Assembly (NCBI GenBank): GCA_963701855.1
Contig: CAVPBK010000006.1
Coordinates: forward strand, 736,001 to 800,000
Length of the DNA: 64,000 nt
DNA from: Nitrospirota bacterium
GTDB taxonomy: Bacteria; Nitrospirota; Nitrospiria; Nitrospirales; Nitrospiraceae
Reading direction: 5' to 3'
The position numbers were made by a program, and so were the translations under genes. The notes beneath the pieces were generated by a model. It had not been told where the DNA came from. It was given only the letters and a program-made list of their open reading frames with translations, and did not search any database. The number at the start of each line of letters is the position of its first letter. Position 1 is the first letter of the stretch. Below, in pieces: positions 10,034 through 20,595 of the stretch.

Positions 10034-11116
10034 TCAGTGCGGATAGATTACCCGCTTGAGCGCAGCCAAGAATTCCCTGATTTCTTCTTCCGTGCCGATG
10101 GTCACTCGAACCATCGGCCCCTCAATGTGACGAACAATAATGCCCTCCCTCAGCAGGGCCTCAAACACCGCGCGGCCATCCCGCCTGACATCGACATACA
10201 CAAAATTTGCTTCGCTTGGGATCGGCTCAAACCCGAGCGATGTCAATCCCTTGACCATCTCCTCCATCCCTGCTGCATTCATCGCCCGACTCTGCGCCAC
10301 ATGTTCGTCGTCACCAAGAGCGGCAAGCGCGGCGCGTTGCGCAAGACTATTGGCGTTAAAGGGAGGACGGATTCGGTTCAAAAAATTGGTGATCTCTGGC
10401 GTCGCCACGCCGTACCCAACTCGCAATCCTGCGAGGCCATAGATTTTCGAAAACGTCCGCAGCACGATCACATTCCGCCCCTGATTCACATAAGACATGG
10501 AATCCGGAAACTGCTCGCTCCTGACATACTCGAAATAGGCTTCATCGAACACGACAACGACATGCGCGGGCACGAGTGAGAGCAGACGTTCGACCTCAGC
10601 GGCTGACACCATCGTTCCGGTCGGATTATTGGGGTTACAGAGGAACAGGAGCCTGGTCCGGTCGGTAATGGCATCCGCCATTGCCTGAAGATCGTGCCGC
10701 CACTGCTTCAGGGGAACGATGATAGGTTTTCCGTGGGCTGCCGTCACCTCCATTTTATAGATGACGAAAGTCTGATCGGCCATGACCGCTTCATCTCCCG
10801 GAGCTAAAAACGTCCGGGCGAGCAGGCCCAAGATTTCGTCCGATCCGTTTCCAAGAATAACCTGATCGGGAGTCACCTTCCAACGATCTGCCAGAGCTTC
10901 GCGCAGGCGAAACGCGCCGCCATCAGGATAGCGATGCAGGGTCGAGGTTCCCTCCCTCAACGCGTCGAGCGCCTTCGGGGAGGAGCCTAACGGATTCTCG
11001 TTGGATGCCAGTTTAATGACGCGTGTAAGACCCAATTCCCGTTGGAGTTCTTCAATCGGCTTCCCGGGAACATAGGGACTCAGCGAGGCGATATCTGGAT
11101 GGACCTTCAACGACAT
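10034..11116 (-). CDS. hisC: histidinol-phosphate aminotransferase
   Basis: KLASNENP, NPNNPTG, DEAY, RTFSKIYGLAGLR. Confidence 0.95.
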   Translation of the reverse strand: MSLKVHPDIASLSPYVPGKPIEELQRELGLTRVIKLASNENPLGSSPKALDALREGTSTLHRYPDGGAFRLREALADRWKVTPDQVILGNGSDEILGLLARTFLAPGDEAVMADQTFVIYKMEVTAAHGKPIIVPLKQWRHDLQAMADAITDRTRLLFLCNPNNPTGTMVSAAEVERLLSLVPAHVVVVFDEAYFEYVRSEQFPDSMSYVNQGRNVIVLRTFSKIYGLAGLRVGYGVATPEITNFLNRIRPPFNANSLAQRAALAALGDDEHVAQSRAMNAAGMEEMVKGLTSLGFEPIPSEANFVYVDVRRDGRAVFEALLREGIIVRHIEGPMVRVTIGTEEEIREFLAALKRVIYPH

Positions 11117-11120
11117 GGCG

Positions 11121-12197
11121 TCAACTGTGAGCTGGATAGGAGCCCAGCACTTTCATGAAGAGACAGCGGCCGGTGATTTCTTCAATGGCTTTCTTCACCC
11201 GCTCTTCCTCCATATGCCCTTCGATATCAACAAAAAAAATGTACTCCCAAGCTTTTCGCCTGGAAGGGCGCGACTCAATCTTGGTCATGCTCAAGCCATG
11301 AGAGGCAAACGGACGGAGAAGATCGTACAGAGCGCCGACTTTGTCTTTTACTGAGAGCATTAATGAAGTCTTGTCTTTTCCCGTACGCTCGGGCGGCTTC
11401 TGAGACAACACGAGAAAGCGAGTCACGTTGTTGATATTGTCTTCAATGCGGGCCTTGATGACCTTCAAGCCGTACAGCTGGGCCGACAACTCCGATGCAA
11501 TAGCTGCAAAAGAGGAGTTTTCCACGCACAGTTCCGCTGCCCGTGCCGTGCTCGCCGCCTCCGATACAGGCACATCAGGCAAGTTAGTTTCCAACCAGTT
11601 TCGGCACTGAGCAATGGCATGGGGATGAGAGTGGATCTGTTTCACCTCTTCCATCACGCCGGACTTTGACATCAAATGATGGGACACCTCCTGGAACACT
11701 TCCCCATAGATCAAGAGGTTCGAATCAATGAACATGTCGAGCGTGTGGTTGACCACACCTTCAGTCGTGTTTTCGATTGGGACTACGCCAAAATTGGCTC
11801 GCGCCCGCTCGACTTCACTGAACACATCCTTGATGCTATTGACCGGAATATATTGGGCGGACGACCCGAATTTCTGCATGCAGGCCATGTGGGTAAACGT
11901 TGCTCTGGGGCCGAGATAGGCCACCTTCTGAGGCCCCTCGAGAGAGAGGGAGGCGGACATGATTTCTCGATAGACTGGCCGAATCCCCTCGGATGGAAAT
12001 GGCCCGGTGTTCTGCTGTATGAGGCGCTCGATTATCGCCGCCTCCCGCGCCGCGGTATGGAGATTGGCATCCGTGTCCCGCTGTTTCTTGAGCTTGCCGA
12101 TCTCAATGACGCTTTTGGACCGTTCATTCAGCAGGCGCAAAATCTCGTCATCGATGCGATCGATCACTTTCCGATACTCGGAAAAGTCTCCGGACAT
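11121..12197 (-). CDS. pheA: chorismate mutase/prephenate dehydratase
   Basis: CM domain, PIENTTEG, NVTRF, KIESRP ACT domain; start taken as ATG 12197. Confidence 0.96.
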   Translation of the reverse strand: MSGDFSEYRKVIDRIDDEILRLLNERSKSVIEIGKLKKQRDTDANLHTAAREAAIIERLIQQNTGPFPSEGIRPVYREIMSASLSLEGPQKVAYLGPRATFTHMACMQKFGSSAQYIPVNSIKDVFSEVERARANFGVVPIENTTEGVVNHTLDMFIDSNLLIYGEVFQEVSHHLMSKSGVMEEVKQIHSHPHAIAQCRNWLETNLPDVPVSEAASTARAAELCVENSSFAAIASELSAQLYGLKVIKARIEDNINNVTRFLVLSQKPPERTGKDKTSLMLSVKDKVGALYDLLRPFASHGLSMTKIESRPSRRKAWEYIFFVDIEGHMEEERVKKAIEEITGRCLFMKVLGSYPAHS

Positions 12198-12378
12198 AGC
12201 TAACCCCCTCTTCCCAGCCCAGTGAGGCGGGCACCCGTCCGTCGGCTGGAATGGCACAAGCTAAGTGGGAAATGATACAGGAACTATTCCTGGCAATGCA
12301 AGGAGACCCCCGACGTTTCAAGAGCTTGAGTGAAGATCCCCATCCCCTTGCGCTACCATCAGACCGGGGCCAGTTGTA

Positions 12379-13386
12379 TCACGAAAAAAGGAGGGAGGTC
12401 GGCCTCTTGAAATGATCAAAAGCCAGCTTCGTAACTTGGCGGCCACGGCCAGTTCGTTCGAGGAAGCCGGCCTGAATCAGATAGGGCTCATGAACATCTT
12501 CGAGGGTGCCTCTATCTTCCTGGACTGCGGCCGCCAAGGACTCCACCCCGACCGGCCCTCCAGCGAACTTGTCGATGATAGTCAGAAGAATCTGACGATC
12601 CATCTCATCAAACCCCGCCGTATCGACACCCAGCCATGCAAGCGCATCCTGGGCTACAACCTGGCTGACTCGCCCCTCCGCCTTCACTTGGGCATAGTCG
12701 CGCACCCGTTTGATAAGCCGGTTGACGATGCGAGGGGTTCCTCTAGCGCGACCGGCAATTTCTTTGGCTCCCTCGGAGTCAATCGGGATCCCAAGCACAC
12801 CCGCCGAGCGTGTCACGATGGTCTGCAGATCTGCTGGAGAATAGAACTCCAAGCGGTGAACGAGGCCAAATCGGTCCCGAAGTGGGGAGGTCAGAGCTCC
12901 GGCCCTGGTCGTGGCCCCGACCAACGTAAACCGAGGAAGATCCAATTTCACCGTTCTCGCTGCAGGCCCCTGGCCGATCACGAGATCGAGCTGGTAGTCC
13001 TCCATCGCTGGATAGAGCGCCTCTTCGACAGAAGCAGGGAGTCGGTGAATCTCATCGATAAATAAGACGTCGTGTTCTTGAAGGTTGGTCAGAATAGCGG
13101 CTAAATCGCCCGCATGGGCCAATACGAGACCGGAGGTCGAGCGGAGCGCAGCCCCCATCTCACGAGCAATGATATGAGCAATGGTGGTCTTTCCCAACCC
13201 GGGAGGGCCATAAAAGATCGTGTGATCGAGCGCTTCGTTCCGCTGCTTCGCAGCCTCGATACAGATCCGCAGGGACTCCTTCATCCGCTCCTGGCCGACG
13301 TACTCCTCCAAGGTCTGCGGACGTAGCACCGTCTCGATACTTCGCTCTTCGTCCGTAATCTGCGTGCTGATAACTCGCTCGGCCAT
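12379..13386 (-). CDS. ruvB: Holliday junction helicase RuvB
   Basis: [33 protein letters not shown]. Confidence 0.98.
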   Translation of the reverse strand: MAERVISTQITDEERSIETVLRPQTLEEYVGQERMKESLRICIEAAKQRNEALDHTIFYGPPGLGKTTIAHIIAREMGAALRSTSGLVLAHAGDLAAILTNLQEHDVLFIDEIHRLPASVEEALYPAMEDYQLDLVIGQGPAARTVKLDLPRFTLVGATTRAGALTSPLRDRFGLVHRLEFYSPADLQTIVTRSAGVLGIPIDSEGAKEIAGRARGTPRIVNRLIKRVRDYAQVKAEGRVSQVVAQDALAWLGVDTAGFDEMDRQILLTIIDKFAGGPVGVESLAAAVQEDRGTLEDVHEPYLIQAGFLERTGRGRQVTKLAFDHFKRPTSLLFS

Positions 13387-13408
13387 CGTGAGGGAACCTC
13401 TCTCGCTT

Positions 13409-13595
13409 TAGGAGCCTGTCCGACATTGACCGTTCTACTGCGGCGAACGATCCGCAACCTCCTGCATCGTTCTCGGTCAGAAAAATCCTCAATGTATTCC
13501 AGCGAATACACCTCCGGTTTTTTTCTGGCCTGCGGCCTTGCATCTGGCCGCGCCTCCTTCGCCTCGTCACGAAGGCAATATCGGACAGGCTCCTA
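13409..13595. mobile_element. MITE (family B) with 15-bp terminal inverted repeats
   Basis: TAGGAGCCTGTCCGA ... TCGGACAGGCTCCTA; a solo similar end lies at 53044-53062. Confidence 0.75.
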
Positions 13596-13596
13596 C

Positions 13597-14085
13597 TTAT
13601 TTCTTCTCCGGCGTTGGGAGGTACTTGGGTGGAGGCGGCAAAGCACCCTGCCCAGGCGTTGCTGTGCTCCCGCAATCCGGCGGGCAAGTCTTACCGCCTT
13701 GGGTTGGATCGGGAAGGTTCAGCTCCATCTTCTCCAGCTGACATTGCGTGACCCGCCCTCCATCTTTATTTCCGCAGCGAGACGGCACAGAAGAGTTGCC
13801 GATTTCACGATAGCCCTCGGGGCAGGAACCGCAGACGGACAGCAGATTCGCCCCCAGAGGGACACACTGAACGAGCGTGGGATCGCCGTCCTTGCACATC
13901 TCTTTGGACTCAGTCACGTTCGTGGTCGCATAGCCTTCAGGACATTGACCGCACATCTTGCGAATGCTTTTTGGCTCGCTCGAGTCTTCGGCTTGTACGG
14001 GCATAGCCCCTAGCGCCAATAGGAGCATCACAAGTCCGATGGACCATTGAGTCTGGACCATTCGTTGAATCTGTCTCGTCATCAT
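13597..14085 (-). CDS. Cys-rich exported hypothetical protein
   Basis: Signal-peptide-like N-terminus; two CGxCPEGY repeats; Pro-rich tail. Confidence 0.75.
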   Translation of the reverse strand: MMTRQIQRMVQTQWSIGLVMLLLALGAMPVQAEDSSEPKSIRKMCGQCPEGYATTNVTESKEMCKDGDPTLVQCVPLGANLLSVCGSCPEGYREIGNSSVPSRCGNKDGGRVTQCQLEKMELNLPDPTQGGKTCPPDCGSTATPGQGALPPPPKYLPTPEKK

Positions 14086-14087
14086 CC

Positions 14088-14696
14088 TTACCCCCTTGCA
14101 AGTTCCTTTAGCGATTCACGAATCATATCTTTGAGTACGATGGGCTCGGCATTGGACCTCTTCACTTGTTTCAACGCGTCTTTGGCATCTTGCGGACGAT
14201 AACCCAAATTCACGAGTGCTGACAGCGCATCGTCGAAGACCGCATCTTGCCCCTGCCTGGGTAAATCCCTTGCCTGCGCGAGGCCAGGATTGAGTTTTCC
14301 AACTTTATCCTTGAGTTCCAACACGAGACGGCTGGCCGACTTGTTACCAATTCCTGGAACCGTCGTCAGCTTCTCGACATCTCCCGACTGAATTGCTGAA
14401 ACCAGGTTGGACACCGGAAGAGCCGACAGCACACTCAGCGCCAGCTTTGGTCCGACGCCGGATACGCTCGTCAGCAATACGAATGCTTCTTTTTCCTGCG
14501 ACGTCAGAAAACCGAAGAGCTGAATCGCGTCTTCGCGAACGTGGGTATGCACACTCAGCGAGGTGCTTTCACTGAGATTGGGCAACCCGTAATAGGTGCT
14601 GAGGGGAATACACACTTCGTATCCGACCCCATGCACGTCGAGGATCAGATAGGTCGGCGCCTTGAAGGCCAATCGGCCTGTCAATGAGGCGATCAT
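14088..14696 (-). CDS. ruvA: Holliday junction DNA-binding protein RuvA
   Basis: MIASLTG, GVGYEV, HVREDAIQLFGF, VSGVGPKLA. Confidence 0.97.
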   Translation of the reverse strand: MIASLTGRLAFKAPTYLILDVHGVGYEVCIPLSTYYGLPNLSESTSLSVHTHVREDAIQLFGFLTSQEKEAFVLLTSVSGVGPKLALSVLSALPVSNLVSAIQSGDVEKLTTVPGIGNKSASRLVLELKDKVGKLNPGLAQARDLPRQGQDAVFDDALSALVNLGYRPQDAKDALKQVKRSNAEPIVLKDMIRESLKELARG

Positions 14697-14754
14697 GCGG
14701 TCTCATGCCATCAGCTGGCGACGTAACGTGCAGACAGCGCTGCTGCTGCACACT

Positions 14755-15507
14755 TCATCCAGCGGCGGCCACTTTCTCCATCACCTCGTCGGAAATATCG
14801 AAATTCGCGTGAATCTTCTGCACATCGTCATGCTCGTCCAACACTTCCATCAACTTGAGCATTTGTTCGGCTGCCTTTTCCTCTAGCCTGATCGTGTTCT
14901 GCGGAACAGCTGTGACCTCCGCAAGTACCGTGTCGATCTTCGCATCGGCGAGGGCTTTCTTCACAGCTTCAAACTGGTGCGGGTCCGTGATGACCTCAAA
15001 ACTTTTCTCCCCCACCTTCACGTCCTCCGCTCCTGCATCCAGCGCGAGGGACAGCAGCGTATCTTCGTCAACTCTACCCTTCTCAATCGTCAGCAATCCC
15101 TTCTTGTGAAACTGCCAGGAGACAGCGCCGGCTTCCGCCATGTTGCCGTGATTCTTCGTGAGGAGATTTCGTAGCTCGGCAACAGTGCGGTTGCGGTTAT
15201 CGCTCGTGATTTCCATCAAGATGCCGGTCCCGCCGGGCCCGTACGCTTCCAAACTGAACTCCTCATACACCAAGCCGGGCAATTCTCCCGTGCCGCGCTG
15301 AATGGCTTTTTTCAGCGTATCGCCAGGCATGTTGGCCTCTTTGGCCTTCAAGATGGCCAGCCGGAGCCGTGGATTACCGTCTGGATCTGCGCCTGAGCGA
15401 GCCGCAATCGCTACTTCACGGATAATTCTGGTAAAAATCTTCCCGCGCTTGACGTCCTGAGCGCCTTTATGCCGCTTAACTGTTGCCCAATGGCTATGCC
15501 CACCCAT
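14755..15507 (-). CDS. yebC: YebC/PmpR family protein
   Basis: MGGHSHWATVKRHK, NPRLR, YGPGG, SDNRNRT. Confidence 0.95.
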   Translation of the reverse strand: MGGHSHWATVKRHKGAQDVKRGKIFTRIIREVAIAARSGADPDGNPRLRLAILKAKEANMPGDTLKKAIQRGTGELPGLVYEEFSLEAYGPGGTGILMEITSDNRNRTVAELRNLLTKNHGNMAEAGAVSWQFHKKGLLTIEKGRVDEDTLLSLALDAGAEDVKVGEKSFEVITDPHQFEAVKKALADAKIDTVLAEVTAVPQNTIRLEEKAAEQMLKLMEVLDEHDDVQKIHANFDISDEVMEKVAAAG

Positions 15508-15638
15508 GCTCACCCCATGCAGCCGAACTCAGGACAACCGACTGCGCAAAAACATATTGTCGATCGAAAAGAGTTCGTACTCGTAGCACAGGGTTTGGAA
15601 AGGTGTCAATTACACTGGGGAGCATTCTGCAGGCACAG

Positions 15639-16484
15639 TTACTCTGAATATATCAGCAACTGTATCCCGATGAGCAGAATCAAGCCGGCCCAGGGCAATT
15701 CCCACTTGGAAGACCCTATGTTCGACGGGGAACGGAACCAATCAGCCAGCAGTTTGGACGAACCAGCTGTCACCGCCATGGTGCCCATAATCGCGTGGTC
15801 CATTGCAATCTGATGGGCTGAAGGATGGTCGCCGTGGGAATGGGCAAACAACATCAGCCCCCCGATGATGGCAAACAGAGGTAACGGTGCGGCCCAAACC
15901 GCATGACGGATCTGTCCAAACCTGCGGAGCAGTTCGGTGATACCAACCGTCAACGACAAGAGCCCGTAACTCTTATGTTGAATGATCTCCGAGTCGCTAC
16001 CGAAGAAGGTCTGCACAAAGCTGAGCGATCCGATCGGCCACGCATTATGGTCGCTCCAGACAAGTAGGAAAGAGCCCGCTGCGAGCAAGGCTCCGGGCAG
16101 AAAAAACCTGGTCCAAGCCCAGTATGGGATGGCCAGTGCCTGGCGCAGTTCACTGAGTCCAATGATGAGTATCAAGATGCCGCTGAGGTGATGATTGAAT
16201 TCAGAATAGGCAATGCCTGCGATGGACCCTTCCCAGCCGGCTGGGGAATCAACAACACCATGATGTCCGTGGTCAGTTATGACCTCTTCATCCACCGATC
16301 TCTGATCATGTCCACTATGCTGCGCCCATAGTGGCAGGCCTGACAAGAGCAGGCTGAGCAGAATGACGAACCCCACCCAGCAACTCCGGTGCGATCCGTG
16401 CCATATAATACCGCCATCACGACTGTTGCGTAATAGAAGAAAGGCCCGTCCAGCTAACTGGACAGGCCTCTGTACCATCCTCAT
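15639..16484 (-). CDS. His-rich multi-pass membrane protein, possibly metal- or heme-binding (resembles C-terminal region of CopD fusions)
   Basis: His-rich N-terminal loop; SEFNHH, IQHK, FAHSH and DHAIMG in about 6 TM helices; start uncertain. Confidence 0.6.
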   Translation of the reverse strand: MRMVQRPVQLAGRAFLLLRNSRDGGIIWHGSHRSCWVGFVILLSLLLSGLPLWAQHSGHDQRSVDEEVITDHGHHGVVDSPAGWEGSIAGIAYSEFNHHLSGILILIIGLSELRQALAIPYWAWTRFFLPGALLAAGSFLLVWSDHNAWPIGSLSFVQTFFGSDSEIIQHKSYGLLSLTVGITELLRRFGQIRHAVWAAPLPLFAIIGGLMLFAHSHGDHPSAHQIAMDHAIMGTMAVTAGSSKLLADWFRSPSNIGSSKWELPWAGLILLIGIQLLIYSE

Positions 16485-16508
16485 TATGTATATTTTCGCC
16501 TTACCCGC

Positions 16509-17268
16509 TTACATGAACTTCATAAACTTATCTTTTGTCTCGTCCATCACTTGAGCCGTAATGGTCGCCAGTCCACGTTCCTTCGCCACCCGCTCAACTT
16601 CTTTTCGAGCCATGGGACGGATAAAGTCCGGGATATTTTCAAGCCGCTTTTCAGCTTCCGGCGTCCAGGCGATCCCATTGCTCGAATCGTTCTTGGAATC
16701 GTCCATCACTTGCAGGGTGATCGTCTTGTAGCCCTGCTTGCGAGCAAAGGCCTCCACACTGCTCTGCACCATCGGCTTCACGAACGAGGGAAGGCGGTCG
16801 AGTTTTTCCTTCGCATCGGCCGACCAGGCAAACTCTGAGATCGTCGGTCCAGCATCGCCGGGCTTACCGCCTGAGCGTGAATCCCATTTCAGCCACCATC
16901 GCAGAGAAGGGGCAGCCGCCGCCGGACTTCTCTCCAGGCTTGGCTGCCGGTGCAGCCGTCGCTGCGGCGACCGCCGGCTGACCACCTTGGATCTTCTCGT
17001 TCAAATACGCCGCCATCTGACCAGCGCCTGCGGCTGCTTCGTCTTTCAGCGTACCCCGCGTCATCTCAAAAGGCTCGGCCTCAACAGTACGCCCACCCAG
17101 CTTCACCCCGAGAGAACTGACCATCTGGGTTTCACCTGGATTCGTCACCATCGAGAACTTGGCATTGCAAGACGGACAGCCGAAGAACACGCCGAGCGTG
17201 CCCTCCCCTGGCTTCTCCACCTTCTCAAAGTTCATGTAGGTTTCACAGTTGAGGCACACAAATTTCAT
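16509..17268 (-). CDS. Zn-ribbon + two PCP_red domains protein (one apparent frameshift near 16875)
   Basis: CLNC...CPSC N-terminus after GAGGAG RBS; removing one base joins GGCPFSAMVAEMGFT to SGGKPG...WSADAKEKL...WTPEAEKRL. Confidence 0.75.
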
Positions 17269-17360
17269 GGCGTCTCCTCTTTGCTGGCTACGGAAAAACT
17301 CGTTTATACACAATACATCTTTGGAATCTTACATTATGGTGATGATGCCAGAATACCCTG

Positions 17361-17481
17361 AGGATGCTCAAAAAGTCCGTCCAGCAAGGCCGCAGCGAGC
17401 GAAGAGGCGAGGCGTACGCTTCGGTACGTTGAGCCTCTGAGCGATGCGAGAACGATGCTGGTGGACTTTTTCAGCATCCTG
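17361..17481 (+). mobile_element. MITE (family A)
   Basis: AGGATGCTCAAAAAG ... CTTTTTCAGCATCCT ends; core CAAGGCCGCAGCGAG...GAGGCGTAC...GTACGTTGAG...GATGCGAGAACG. Confidence 0.85.
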
Positions 17482-17495
17482 TTAGGTACGTGACA

Positions 17496-18418
17496 TCATA
17501 GCTTGTCGGCCAGCACCTTCTTGTAATCGATGAGCGTCCTGATGCGCCCGGCAATTTCCTGGTACCGTTGAATCGTCGGGTACGTGTCGTCGAGCAATGG
17601 CTCTCCCTTGTCGAACGTGCGCGCGAGTTTCCGGTCGAATGGAATCCGTCCGAGCAACGGCAAGTCCAGCATCTCGCACATCGCCTCGGTGTTGCCTTCG
17701 AATAACTCGTTCACTTCACCACAAGAAGGACAGCGATACTCGCTCATATTTTCGACCATGCCCATGACCTTGATACCTATATCGCGGGCATAGGTGACCG
17801 ACTTCTGCACCACATCCGATGCCACCTCTGATGGCGTCGTGACGACAATCGCTCCTGCCAGGTCAGGAATAAACCCGGCAATGACCGGCGGCTTGTCCGC
17901 CGCGGCCCCCGGAGGGAGATCGACCAGCAGATAATCGAGCTCACCCCAGACGACATCGGCCAAGAACTCTCGAATGACATTCATTTCCATCAGCCCCAAC
18001 CACACCGGGCTGACATCCATCGGCCCTTTCCAGCGAACCGGCGACGCATCGTCCAGGAAGAAATCCATCGACGCGACTTTCACCCCGAGCGGTCCGACCG
18101 GAGGGAATCGCCCCCTCAGGCCTCATCGTCAACGACTGGCCGTGCATGCCCAACATGCGAGGCACGCAAGGTCCGTTCAGGTCCACGTCCAAGAGTCCGA
18201 CCTTCGCGCCCTGCCGAGCAAAGGCCAACGCCAAGTTGACCGTGGTCATGCTCTTACCCACGCCGCCTTTTCCGCTCATGACCACCAGCTTGTGCTTGAT
18301 GCCGGCCATGCGAGCATGAACCAGTTTGGTATTTTCCGAGATCTGTGCGAGCACTTTGGCGTCGTCTGAGTACTTCAAATTTGCCAAGAATGGCCTTCAG
18401 ATCTTTTTCAACCGCCAT
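17496..18418 (-). CDS. mrp: Mrp/ApbC (NBP35) Fe-S carrier ATPase (apparent frameshifts near 18390 and 18105)
   Basis: [44 protein letters not shown] spread over three frames. Confidence 0.85.
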
Positions 18419-18529
18419 AACGGAAACCTCTCGCTAACTATACGAATACACAGAGGATGACCGTAACACAGGGATTTCCGGGGAGTCAAACTCCATACAT
18501 CCAGTCCGCCAGATGGCGCATATTCCGAT

Positions 18530-18596
18530 GCCTAACGTTTGAGGTGAGCCGCAGCGCCACCCTGACGGCGACGTCGACTGGAGCGATTTGTTATGT
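18530..18596 (-). other. integron attC site (cassette 2)
   Basis: Minus strand ACATAAC-aaatcgctccagtcgac...gcggctcacctcaaac-GTTAGGC; AAC...GTT cores with an imperfect internal palindrome, 67 bp. Confidence 0.9.
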
Positions 18597-18620
18597 TCAC
18601 ACATGAAATTCACTCCTTCC

Positions 18621-19499
18621 TTACACCCGAAGTGGTATCTCAGATGTAAGCACTTCAATATCTCCATATCCATGCTCGGAGAGCATAAGCTCAAGTGATC
18701 GAGTCTCAGAATCGGGATCTCTACATGGACCGATCATGATTGATTGTATGGGAAGCTTTCCTTTCTGAAGGAATCCGATCTCGACGTATGGAGTCAGACC
18801 AAATCGTCCCATTCGGTACTTTGCGTCCAGCGAGAGAGTTGAAGTGGCAGGCTGGTAGATCTGTCGGTATTCGTTCTCCTCTTCAAAGGCGGAATGCTTG
18901 ATGATACAGGCTACGTTGTTGAAGATGCCCTCCAACATCCCCATGAGATAACCAACCTCAACTTCCCCAAAGTCCTGGTCGCCAAGATATTTGTTAACGC
19001 GTGCTAACAACAGTGAAAGAACCGATTCGGCAGTAGTCTTGGAGTAGATAACCTTCTCTAGCAGAGGCATTCGACCATCTATCGTGGCCATCTCGCTTGT
19101 CTTGAGCCCAATACAGTAGCCAGTTCCTGTCCCGGAGTACGCGCGCCATTGGCTAAGCACATCTGCGGTGGCAGAGTAGCATGCGATAAAGGTATCGACA
19201 GATCGGAGCTGAGAGATTGCTTTGTTGATAATTGCTTTAGATGCTCGTTGAAGGTTAGCTCCAATAAAGTTTGTGACAAAAGATACGCCTATTTCGTACT
19301 CCATTGCGTCGTTTAGACGAGACACATGCGTCGCCCAAATTCGCCCGGAGGCAATCATGCCGATTAGTGCGCGTACATCCGTGTAATGATATATGACCTT
19401 CGGTGGGTTCTCAGAAATCAACTTGGCGAGCTCTTGTCGGACCGATTCCGACCATTCATTCATGATCGCAATTCGGCCTTCGTACTCAGCGTGATCCAT
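18621..19499 (-). CDS. DUF2971 domain protein (integron cassette)
   Basis: YHYTD, LNDAME, LSQWRAYS, KHSAFEEENEYR, IMIGP; appears lower in GC than its neighbours. Confidence 0.8.
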   Translation of the reverse strand: MDHAEYEGRIAIMNEWSESVRQELAKLISENPPKVIYHYTDVRALIGMIASGRIWATHVSRLNDAMEYEIGVSFVTNFIGANLQRASKAIINKAISQLRSVDTFIACYSATADVLSQWRAYSGTGTGYCIGLKTSEMATIDGRMPLLEKVIYSKTTAESVLSLLLARVNKYLGDQDFGEVEVGYLMGMLEGIFNNVACIIKHSAFEEENEYRQIYQPATSTLSLDAKYRMGRFGLTPYVEIGFLQKGKLPIQSIMIGPCRDPDSETRSLELMLSEHGYGDIEVLTSEIPLRV

Positions 19500-19523
19500 C
19501 GCTACGTAGCTCGCCCAAAGTGA

Positions 19524-19595
19524 ACATAACGTCGTCGCTCACCGGCGCCGAGGCGCGCTAGCGCCGAAGGCGTCCGGTGCAGCGGCTGGTTAGCT
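19524..19595 (-). other. integron attC site (cassette 1)
   Basis: Minus strand AGCTAAC-cagccgctgcaccggacgcc...ggcgccggtgagcgacgac-GTTATGT, 72 bp; the upstream stop codon lies in the inverse core. Confidence 0.9.
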
Positions 19596-20523
19596 GCCAT
19601 AGTTTGCGATCCCAAACGGCACATGGACACATGGGGTTGAAGCGGATGCGGGCTTGAGGTGACCAATCTGGTCATCGAAGAAAAATGTGTGGCTTGAGTA
19701 CGTCAAGCACCAGTTTCTTTTCAATCCCACCAAGCAAAAACAGCTCATCCGCATCGATACCAGCACTTGAGAGGGTTTTGATGAGCCGTTCATGCGCTGG
19801 GGCATTTCTGGCAGTAACAATCGCGATTCGCAGCATTTGCGTGTACTGGGCCATGTTCTGAGCTTTCTGCCTTTCGAGCTTCTGAAACTCAGAGATCTTT
19901 AGTAGCAGAGGCATGAGCGGACCGGCTTGCAAGGGCTTGTCCTTGAACTTCTTCTCGTGTTCGTGAAAAAGGTCCAGGTTCCCTGTGTCTTTATAAACTA
20001 CTTCAGCCTCGTCACCTGCAATAACTCCATCGAAGTCGAACGCTATTCGCAGTTGCTTGTCTTCATCGGTCGGAATTGTTTCGCAGGGAAGCACATAGCC
20101 CGCGGGAAAGCCGCTCTGGACGGCTGTGGCAACTTCATCCTTGTTTGTGCTGAGGTAAAGAACCGCACCGACCGATTGCATGTATGGATACGGAACCTGA
20201 CCTGCGAGAAAGAACGATCGAGAAATCTCGAGTTCGTAGTGAGCAACTGCATCCATTACGCGAAGCCCAGCATCGGCATGATTTCTGGACAGAATGACGA
20301 CTTCGATTGGATGTTCGTCTTTATAAATTCTGTTGAGGTGAAGTAACCGCTGAATGAACGGGAACGCAGCGCCGCGTTTCGGAACATCTTTTCTGTGTTC
20401 TCGTTGATACGCGCGAAAATCGTCCACTCCAAGCTTCAAGTAGAGATCGTGTTCAGCCGCCAAATCGAAAAGCGCTGTTGATGAGACAGCGACGACCAGC
20501 TTCCTTTCGATTGGGAATGGCAC
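19590..20523 (-). CDS. 5'-nucleotidase family protein (PF06189-like; integron cassette; apparent +1 frameshift in T-run near 19683)
   Basis: KLVVAVSSTALFDL, LRIAFDFDGVI, VTARNAPAHER, then KPHIFFDDQ..H...HVPFG after frame correction. Confidence 0.85.
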
Positions 20524-20533
20524 GTGCTATGGC

Positions 20534-20595
20534 AGCTAACAATGATTAGGCGGACCTGCATAAGCTGCAGATGTCCGATTTCCTATCCGTCTAAC
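20534..20595 (-). other. putative integron attI site
   Basis: Minus strand CCGCCTAAT-CATT-GTTAGCT with an upstream GTTAGAC direct repeat; no attC-like palindrome. Confidence 0.7.
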
